A stretch of 32,000 bases of DNA from Acinetobacter wanghuae (GTDB lineage Bacteria; Pseudomonadota; Gammaproteobacteria; Pseudomonadales; Moraxellaceae): positions 360,001-392,000 of the forward strand of contig NZ_CP045650.1 in assembly GCF_009557235.1 (NCBI RefSeq). Reading direction: 5' to 3'. Below the pieces are notes generated by a model. It was not told the origin of the DNA, searched no databases, and worked only from the letters and a program-made list of their open reading frames with translations. Shown in pieces: positions 25,526 through 32,000 of this stretch. The translations under genes were made by a program, and so were the position numbers. Numbering within the stretch: the stretch's first letter is position 1; every line of letters begins with the position of its first letter.

Positions 25526-26491
25526 ATGGCCGTTAAACTCATTTGTGCATCGCACAGTCCTTTAATGGAATTTGCTTCACCGCAAGACCAAGCGCAAGAA
25601 CAAAAAGTTCGTGATGCATTTGCAACTTTGTCTGCTGAAGTAAAAGCTTACGACCCAACCCTGATCATTACTTTTGGTCCTGACCATTTCAATGGTTTCT
25701 TCTATGATCTTATGCCAAGTTTCTGCGTGGGTATCCGTGCAAAAGCGGCAGGCGATTGGGACTACGGTAAAGACAACGACCACATCAATGTACCTGAAGA
25801 CAAAGCGTTGGCAATGATACGTCGTATATTGGACGAAGGTGTTGACGTTGCATATTCATACCGTATGCAAGCGGATCATGGTGTGACTCAGCCATTACAT
25901 TTCTTATGTGATGGTCAGCTTGATCGTTACCCAACGATTCCAGTATTTATTAATGGCGCTGCTGCACCGATGCCAACAACAAAGCGTACCATCGCTTTGG
26001 GACGTGCAGTGGGTCAATTTATCAAATCCTTAAATCTTGAAAATGAGCGTGTCCTTGTTTTAGGTACAGGTGGTCTTTCACATGATCCACCGACACCACA
26101 AATGGGTTCAGTACCACCTGAAGTTGAAGAGTTCTTGATTGCAGGTCGTTACCCAACACCTGAAGCACGTAACGCGCGTCAGTCGAAGATTATTGCTGTG
26201 GGTCAAAAACTGGCTGCAGGTGACAAATCGGTTGCTGTACCACTGAATCCTGAATGGGACCGTGACCTACTTGAGAAATTTAAAAATGCTGATTTCGCTG
26301 CCATGGAAGCCATGACAGAAGCTGAAATTCGTGTTGAAGGTGGTCGTGGCGGTCAAGAAGTTCGCTCATGGATGGCGGCATTTGCTGCCTTAAATGAAAT
26401 TGGCGAATACGACATGACAACACACTGCTATGAAGATATCAGCGAGTGGATCGCAGGCTTCGGCATCGTATCTGCAGATTTAAAAGGTTAA
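25526..26491 (+). CDS. mhpB: 2,3-dihydroxyphenylpropionate 1,2-dioxygenase (LigB-type extradiol dioxygenase)
   Basis: 321 aa that aligns with recalled E. coli MhpB (SHSPL, F.PDH.NGFFYD.MP.FC.G, Q.DHG..QPL.FL, PVFING, G.GGLSH.PP.P, EWIAGFG). Confidence 0.93.
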   Translation: MAVKLICASHSPLMEFASPQDQAQEQKVRDAFATLSAEVKAYDPTLIITFGPDHFNGFFYDLMPSFCVGIRAKAAGDWDYGKDNDHINVPEDKALAMIRRILDEGVDVAYSYRMQADHGVTQPLHFLCDGQLDRYPTIPVFINGAAAPMPTTKRTIALGRAVGQFIKSLNLENERVLVLGTGGLSHDPPTPQMGSVPPEVEEFLIAGRYPTPEARNARQSKIIAVGQKLAAGDKSVAVPLNPEWDRDLLEKFKNADFAAMEAMTEAEIRVEGGRGGQEVRSWMAAFAALNEIGEYDMTTHCYEDISEWIAGFGIVSADLKG

Positions 26492-26496
26492 TTGAC

Positions 26497-27726
26497 ATGA
26501 GCAACATCGAAACCATCGTGATTGTAGGTGCTGGCCAAGCTGGTGCAAGTGCAATCCTAGAACTTCGTGGCAACAAATTTGAAGGTAAAATCATCCTGAT
26601 TGGTGATGAAACGCATCTTCCTTATGAGCGTCCACCACTGTCTAAAGATGTGATTTTAAAACCTGAAGACACCAAAATCGAAATTCTGTCGGAAGAAAAA
26701 CTGGCGGATCTTGGTGTTGAAACCATCCGTGGCAATGGCGTACAAAAAATTAACGCTGATGCGAAAACGGTTGAACTTCAAAATGGTGACTTTGTTGCTT
26801 ATGACAAATTGCTGCTTGCGACTGGCGGTGCAGCACGTCGTCTGCCGAACTTCGATGCGTTAGGTAAACACGTTTATACGCTTCGTAACCTCGAAGATTC
26901 ACAAGCCCTTGTCCCAGTATTGCAAAAAGGTCAACGCATCATCCTGATTGGTGGCGGTGTGATTGGTCTTGAGCTTGCATCATCTGCACGTTTTAAAGAA
27001 TGTGACGTGACTGTGATTGAAATGGGTCCAATGGTGATGGGTCGTTCATCACCACGCATCTTGAGCGAATTCTTGCTTGAACAGCAAAAATTGGCAGGTG
27101 TGGATGTTCGTCTTTCAACATCAATTGAAAATTGCACATTAGATGGCGAAGAAGTTGTTGTGACTTTAGGTGATGGCATCGAGCTTCGTGCTGATGCAGT
27201 CGTTTACGGTATCGGTATCGTGCCAAATGCACAGCTTGCCGTTGACGCAGGTCTTGACGTCGATCTTGCGATCAAAGTGAACGAAAACTGCCAAACTTCA
27301 AACCCTGACATTTATGCAGCAGGTGATGTTGCGACTCAGCTTCGCGCATGTGGTCACCACCGCCGTGTTGAAACTTGGGAAAATGCCAATCTTCAAGCAG
27401 GCATCTTTGCGCGTCACGTGATGGGTGTTGAGCATCCAACGCCAAATCCAGCATGGTTCTGGACAGATCAGCTTGATATCAACTACCAATTTGTCGGTGA
27501 TATGGCAGCAAGTGAGTGGCATGTTCGTGGTGAAATTAAACCTGAACTACGTCAAGAGTCTTCATTCGTATTGTTTGGTGTGACAGATAGTGTGATCGTG
27601 GGCGGTATCACTGTGAATGCCGCTAAAGAAATGCGTCATTTGAAAAAATTGATCAGTAAGCAAGCAGTGTTTGAAGCAGAGAAGTATTTGGATTTAAGCC
27701 AAGATCTTCGTAAGCTTGTGAAATAA
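26497..27726 (+). CDS. hcaD: Ferredoxin--NAD(+) reductase component of the dioxygenase
   Basis: 409 aa from the ATG at 26497 (MSNIETIVIVGAGQAGAS...); the track start at 26446 lies inside mhpB. It has two dinucleotide-binding folds (GAGQAG, GGGVIGLE) and starts 5 nt after the mhpB stop. Confidence 0.92.
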   Translation: MSNIETIVIVGAGQAGASAILELRGNKFEGKIILIGDETHLPYERPPLSKDVILKPEDTKIEILSEEKLADLGVETIRGNGVQKINADAKTVELQNGDFVAYDKLLLATGGAARRLPNFDALGKHVYTLRNLEDSQALVPVLQKGQRIILIGGGVIGLELASSARFKECDVTVIEMGPMVMGRSSPRILSEFLLEQQKLAGVDVRLSTSIENCTLDGEEVVVTLGDGIELRADAVVYGIGIVPNAQLAVDAGLDVDLAIKVNENCQTSNPDIYAAGDVATQLRACGHHRRVETWENANLQAGIFARHVMGVEHPTPNPAWFWTDQLDINYQFVGDMAASEWHVRGEIKPELRQESSFVLFGVTDSVIVGGITVNAAKEMRHLKKLISKQAVFEAEKYLDLSQDLRKLVK

Positions 27727-27743
27727 TCTTGTTTTATAAAAGA

Positions 27744-27775
27744 GCAGACCTTGGGTAACTTAGGTCTGCTTTTTT
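27744..27775 (+). terminator. Rho-independent terminator after hcaD
   Basis: GCAGACCT (27744-27751), 10-nt loop, AGGTCTGC (27762-27769), then T6. Confidence 0.75.
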
Positions 27776-27847
27776 ATGGCTGTTTTTTTATAGCTGAGAT
27801 ATTACCGCAATTGGCATTGTGAGTTTTCACGACTTTGCGTAGGTATA

Positions 27848-27956
27848 TCTTACTTTTCAAAGATGATGAGAAGCACTGCTTCGCAAGGCAAAAATCTTCT
27901 GTAATACTGAGGGGCTGTCCATATCCCCCAGTATTACAGGCGGCATCCTTGCCACC
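27848..27956 (+). repeat. Module-B structured intergenic repeat, copy B2
   Basis: TCTTACTTTT leader. GAAGC-ACT-GCTTC hairpin (27870-27882). Hairpin CTGTAATACTG-A-GGGG [CTGTCCATAT] CCCC-CAGTATTACAG (27899-27939). Hairpin GGCGGC [ATCCTT] GCCACC (27939-27956, one mismatch; its first G at 27939 is shared with the preceding hairpin). Confidence 0.6.
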
Positions 27957-28027
27957 CTCAGCATAGTTGATGACAGGGCGGACATTCGTTTTAGTCTTTA
28001 CTCTCTTTGAATTACTGTTGAGCTTTT

Positions 28028-28933
28028 ATGAATTCAAACTCTTCTCCCATGATCGTCACTGCAAGTATTTATGCCTTGTTGGTCCTGATTTGGGCAGCAA
28101 CACCGTTAGCAATTGTATGGAGCGTGGCGGAAGTGCATTCGATGTGGGTGCTGATTATTCGTTACTTGGGTGCGTCCATTTTGGCTATCGCGATTTTAGC
28201 GCTCATGCGTAATCCTTTGCCCTTTGATCACACTTCATTAAAAAGCTATGTGGCGGGAAGCTTGAACTTGATTGGCGCGCAGCTATTTATCTATCTTGCT
28301 GCCAACTACTTAACTTCAGGTTTAATGGCGTTAATTTTCGGCTTATCACCACTGATTGCAGGATTGATTGGTCATGTGATCTTAAAAACCCATAAATTGG
28401 TCTGGTTACAATGGCTTGGGATGGCTGTTGCTGTTGGTGGATTAACATTTGTCTTTGCAGACTCTGCTGAAAGCAATGTCAATCCATGGGGTGTGGTATT
28501 GATGATCATTAGTATGATCTCGTACATCAGTTCTATTTTTTGGGTCAAACACATTAATGCACCACTGAAACCGATGTCTCAAGCGACAGGCTCTTTAATC
28601 ATTTCTTCATTAGGTTCACTACTGTTAGTTCCATTTATTTGGTCATCTTTCCCAACGCAAATGCCAAGTATGCAGGCGCTGTTTGGCTTTGGTTTTACTA
28701 TGATTTTATCGTCGATTGTGGCCATGCTTTGCTACTTCTGGCTTATCCGACGTCTTGCTGCATCGACCGTGTCTTTGAGTAATGTTATGACGCCGATCAT
28801 TGCTTTGATTTTAGGTGCGACACTCAATCATGAGCATATTAGCTCACATGCGGTACTTGGTATTGGGATCGTGATGTTCGGGATCGTGATGTACTTTTGG
28901 AAAGAATGGCGAGAGCAATATTTTGCTCAATAA
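28028..28933 (+). CDS. EamA/DMT-superfamily transporter (10 TM)
   Basis: 301-aa ORF, hydrophobic throughout, with two EamA-like halves. Substrate unknown. Confidence 0.8.
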   Translation: MNSNSSPMIVTASIYALLVLIWAATPLAIVWSVAEVHSMWVLIIRYLGASILAIAILALMRNPLPFDHTSLKSYVAGSLNLIGAQLFIYLAANYLTSGLMALIFGLSPLIAGLIGHVILKTHKLVWLQWLGMAVAVGGLTFVFADSAESNVNPWGVVLMIISMISYISSIFWVKHINAPLKPMSQATGSLIISSLGSLLLVPFIWSSFPTQMPSMQALFGFGFTMILSSIVAMLCYFWLIRRLAASTVSLSNVMTPIIALILGATLNHEHISSHAVLGIGIVMFGIVMYFWKEWREQYFAQ

Positions 28934-28950
28934 CAACATGATTTCTAGAT

Positions 28951-28971
28951 AGAGCCGAAAGGCTCTTTTTT
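28951..28971 (+). terminator. Rho-independent terminator after the DMT gene
   Basis: AGAGCC-GAAA-GGCTCT followed by T5. Confidence 0.7.
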
Positions 28972-29120
28972 GTGGGTAATGATTTGAACGCTATCTTTCA
29001 TTTTTGGTTATTTATGAGCATGAGCAACAATTTGTAAAACAAAGGCGAATCAGAAAGTTTTAAGATGCTGATACATAAGATCAAAACAGATTGATCTCAC
29101 ATTTTTAGGACAGTTTTAGC

Positions 29121-30062
29121 ATGTCTGACTCTCAGTCTAATAAAGTCGTGGTCTATGCAGCGCTCTTTGGTAACTTAGCCATTGCCATGGTTAAGTTTGT
29201 GGCGGCATACATCACCAATAGTTCAGCGATGCTCAGTGAAGCGATTCACTCTGTGGTCGATACACTGAACGAAATTCTGCTGCTGTACGGCATGAAGAAA
29301 TCACAACAACCTGCGGATGCAACGCATCCTTTTGGTTATGGGCGTGAATTGTATTTTTGGGCATTTATTGTGGCGTTGATGGTCTTTGCATTGGGTGCGA
29401 TTGCATCTATTTATCAAGGGATTCAACATATCATTAAACCTGAGGAAATCCTGAATCCAACCATTAACTACATTGTGCTGGTTATTGCGATTTTGGTTGA
29501 AGGAACCTCGTGGTTTGTGGCCCTAAAAGCATTTAAACGTACCAAGGGTAAGCAGGGCTATTTCGAGGCTTTTCGCCGTAGTAAAGATCCCACAACATTT
29601 ACGGTACTTTTTGAAGATACAGCAGCCTTGCTCGGTTTATTTATTGCCTTGATTGGTATTTTCCTTGCGCATCGCTTAAATATTCCTGAGCTCGATGGTG
29701 TTGCATCTGTCCTCATCGGTATTGTGCTTGCTGTTTCTGCAGTGTTATTGGCACGTGAAACCAAAGGACTTCTCCTTGGTGAAACAGCTGACCCTAAACT
29801 GCGGGAAAATGTTTTATTGATCGCTCAACAAGACGCAGCGGTATTTAGTGCCAATGGTGTTTTGACTGAACAAATCGGTGCGCATCAGGTGATTGCATCG
29901 TTAAGTTTAGAGTTTAAAGATAACTTAACCTCTGACGAGATTGAAGCCTGTGTCAATCGTATTGAAGCTGAAATTAGACAGGTGCATCCTGAAATTGTGA
30001 CATTGTTTGTGAAGCCACAGACCAAAGCCATTTGGTTGGAACGAACGCAAGGTCGTGTTTAA
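29121..30062 (+). CDS. Cation diffusion facilitator (CDF) family metal efflux transporter
   Basis: 313-aa ORF. The N-terminal segment ALFGNLAIAMVKFVAAYITNSSAMLSEAIHSVVDTLN matches the CDF TM1-TM2 signature (..S.A...DA.HS..D), and there is a C-terminal cytoplasmic domain. Confidence 0.88.
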   Translation: MSDSQSNKVVVYAALFGNLAIAMVKFVAAYITNSSAMLSEAIHSVVDTLNEILLLYGMKKSQQPADATHPFGYGRELYFWAFIVALMVFALGAIASIYQGIQHIIKPEEILNPTINYIVLVIAILVEGTSWFVALKAFKRTKGKQGYFEAFRRSKDPTTFTVLFEDTAALLGLFIALIGIFLAHRLNIPELDGVASVLIGIVLAVSAVLLARETKGLLLGETADPKLRENVLLIAQQDAAVFSANGVLTEQIGAHQVIASLSLEFKDNLTSDEIEACVNRIEAEIRQVHPEIVTLFVKPQTKAIWLERTQGRV

Positions 30063-30070
30063 TCCAAGAT

Positions 30071-30098
30071 AAAAAAAACCGCCTCATGGCGGTTTTTT
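30071..30098. terminator. Bidirectional rho-independent terminator between the convergent CDF and catalase genes
   Basis: A8 run, CCGCC-TCAT-GGCGG, then T6. Confidence 0.8.
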
Positions 30099-30116
30099 AT
30101 GTGCTGACTTTAAAGA

Positions 30117-31637
30117 TTAAAGTAAACCCGGATTGCCTTGTGCAGGGTCAGTTGCACGTGCAGCTTGCGCATCGTGAACGGTTAATCCTAATGCCTTGGC
30201 AACACCTTCACCATAGGCAGGTTCACAAGCATAGCAGTTACGGATATGACGATACTTGATGAAATCAAGTGCATCACCCATTGCGCCCGCTGTGTTATTA
30301 AATAACGCTTGTTTCTGTTGATCATTCATCAGATTGAATAACGCACGTGGCTGGCTAAAGTAGTCATTGTCATCTTCACGGAAATCCCAAAAATCAGCAT
30401 TGCCGGTAATTTTTAAAGGCGGTTCACGATACTGTGGCTGTTCTTGCCACTGGTGAAAGCTGTTCGGCTCATAGTGTGGTAATCCGCCATAGTTACCATC
30501 CATTCGACCTTGACCATCACGACGGTTTGAATTGACAGGGCAGCGTGCAGCATTGACAGGGATTTGTGAATGGTTCACACCAACACGGTAACGCGCAGCA
30601 TCTGCATAGTTGACCAAACGCGCTTGCAACATACGGTCAGGTGAATAACTGATACCCGGAACTAAATTGCTCGGTGCAAAGGCTGCTTGCTCTACATCTT
30701 GGAAGTAATTTTCTGGGTTACGATTCAACTCAAACTCACCCACTTCAATCAGTGGATAATCACCTTTTGGCCATACTTTCGTCAGGTCAAATGGGTGATA
30801 AGGTACTTTTTCTGCATCCATTTCAGGCATGATTTGAACGTACATTTTCCATTTCGGCAAATCACCACGTTCAATCGCATCAAACAAGTCTGTTTGTGAG
30901 CTTTCACGATCTTTAGCAATCAGTGCTTCCGCTTCCGCATCAGTTAAGTTCTTAATGCCTTGTTGCGTACGCATATGGAATTTCACCCAGAAACGTTCGT
31001 TGTTGGCATTAATGAAACTGAAAGTATGGCTACCAAAACCATGCATATGACGGTAACCATCTGGAATACCACGGTCAGACATGACAATTGTGACTTGATG
31101 CAGTGCTTCTGGTAATAATGTCCAAAAATCCCAGTTATTGGTGGCGCTACGTAAATTGGTTTTGGGATCGCGTTTAACGGCTTTATTTAAATCAGGGAAT
31201 TTACGCGCATCACGTAAAAAGAATACAGGGGTATTATTACCGACTAAATCCCAAACCCCTTCATCGGTATAGAACTTTAAAGCAAAGCCACGGATATCAC
31301 GTTCGGCATCAGCTGCACCACGTTCACCGGCAACCGTCGAGAAACGTGCAAACATTTCTGTTTTTTTACCAATTTCCGAAAAGATCTTTGCACGGGTGTA
31401 TTGGGTAATGTCATGCGTGACGGTAAATGTGCCAAACGCACCTGAACCTTTAGCATGCATACGACGTTCAGGAATCACTTCACGTACAAAATTGGCTAAT
31501 TTTTCATTCAGCCACAAGTCTTGTGCCAAAAGAGGACCACGTGCACCTGCGGTCATACTGTTTTGGTTGTCGACTACGGGCGCACCCGCATCCGTTGTTA
31601 AGTGAGTCATAGGACATTTCTTAGTGTCATTACTCAT
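30117..31637 (-). CDS. Monofunctional haem catalase (small-subunit type)
   Basis: 506 aa from the ATG at 31637 (GGAGA 7 nt upstream); the track start at 31649 would remove the SD. Catalase signatures present: [18 protein letters not shown]-like [49 protein letters not shown], and proximal-Tyr region [10 protein letters not shown]-like. Confidence 0.94.
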   Translation of the reverse strand: MSNDTKKCPMTHLTTDAGAPVVDNQNSMTAGARGPLLAQDLWLNEKLANFVREVIPERRMHAKGSGAFGTFTVTHDITQYTRAKIFSEIGKKTEMFARFSTVAGERGAADAERDIRGFALKFYTDEGVWDLVGNNTPVFFLRDARKFPDLNKAVKRDPKTNLRSATNNWDFWTLLPEALHQVTIVMSDRGIPDGYRHMHGFGSHTFSFINANNERFWVKFHMRTQQGIKNLTDAEAEALIAKDRESSQTDLFDAIERGDLPKWKMYVQIMPEMDAEKVPYHPFDLTKVWPKGDYPLIEVGEFELNRNPENYFQDVEQAAFAPSNLVPGISYSPDRMLQARLVNYADAARYRVGVNHSQIPVNAARCPVNSNRRDGQGRMDGNYGGLPHYEPNSFHQWQEQPQYREPPLKITGNADFWDFREDDNDYFSQPRALFNLMNDQQKQALFNNTAGAMGDALDFIKYRHIRNCYACEPAYGEGVAKALGLTVHDAQAARATDPAQGNPGLL

Positions 31638-32000
31638 GAGGTTCTCCATTCATTGTTATAGATGTTTTCTAAAGTCAAAGCTCTTTTAAAAGGTATCTAA
31701 TGCAAAGTAGATGTTGACTTTAAACATTGTGTAACTCGGTACAAGTTAGCCTCATGAAGTATCACACTTGCTTCATATCCGCCTGTTGTACTTATGCAAC
31801 CTTGTAGAAAATATTCAAAATTAAATGAACCGTGTTTAAATTTCTTCAAGATCTTGTTCTATTAAAGCTTTTTATAAAAATATGACAATGACAATTTGTT
31901 TAATTCCCGATGGGAATATTTGTTCGTTTTTATCGGAAAATAATATGAATATTTAACAAGCAATATGCCATTACAAAAAAATTAAATTATCTTAATAATC

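Noticed and set aside
14759-28027. Calling the hca/mhp block a genomic island or mobile element.
   Set aside because: The window has no integrase, transposase, IS termini, phage genes or clear target-site duplication. It is not adjacent to the tRNA genes, and codon style looks like the flanks. I report it only as a catabolic cluster with repeat-marked borders.
27967-28212. 81-aa plus-strand ORF overlapping the start of the EamA transporter gene in another frame.
   Set aside because: It overlaps a well-supported membrane-protein gene, starts inside the repeat-containing spacer without an SD, and its translation has no family features.

Overview
The window looks like a gammaproteobacterial chromosome, probably Acinetobacter or another Moraxellaceae. 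This is inferred from protein sequences, AT-rich spacers and codon style; no database search was run.

The left 14.7 kb is housekeeping. It holds glyS (partial) and glyQ, four small poorly characterised genes (a membrane protein, a transglutaminase-like protein, a PspC-domain protein and a lipoprotein), a four-gene tRNA-Lys array, an FATP-type acyl-CoA synthetase, RNase E with a long leader, divergent rluC, and a HAD hydrolase.

Positions 15.2-27.7 kb carry a complete 3-phenylpropionate/cinnamate degradation cluster built from hca and mhp genes in a non-E. coli arrangement: mhpDFE, an OprD-family porin, an mhpC-like hydrolase, hcaR, and the operon hcaE-F-C-B-mhpB-hcaD. mhpA, mhpR, mhpT and hcaT are absent from the window.

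The right end encodes an EamA/DMT transporter, a CDF cation exporter and a 506-aa monofunctional catalase.

I found no integrase, transposase, IS element, CRISPR array, toxin-antitoxin pair or recognisable defence system. I also found no convincing undescribed multi-gene protein system.

The least explained signals are non-coding:
- Two families of structured intergenic repeats. One shows stem covariation between its two copies, and those copies bracket the HAD gene plus the catabolic cluster.
- A repeat pair sitting exactly at the hcaB|mhpB junction.
- A repeated AGTAAT-N11-ATTAMT LysR-type box in the hcaR/hcaE control region.
- A divergent tRNA-Lys(CUU) beside three identical tRNA-Lys(UUU) genes.

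All product calls rest on the translated ORFs, recalled similarity to E. coli orthologues, and motifs visible in the sequence.
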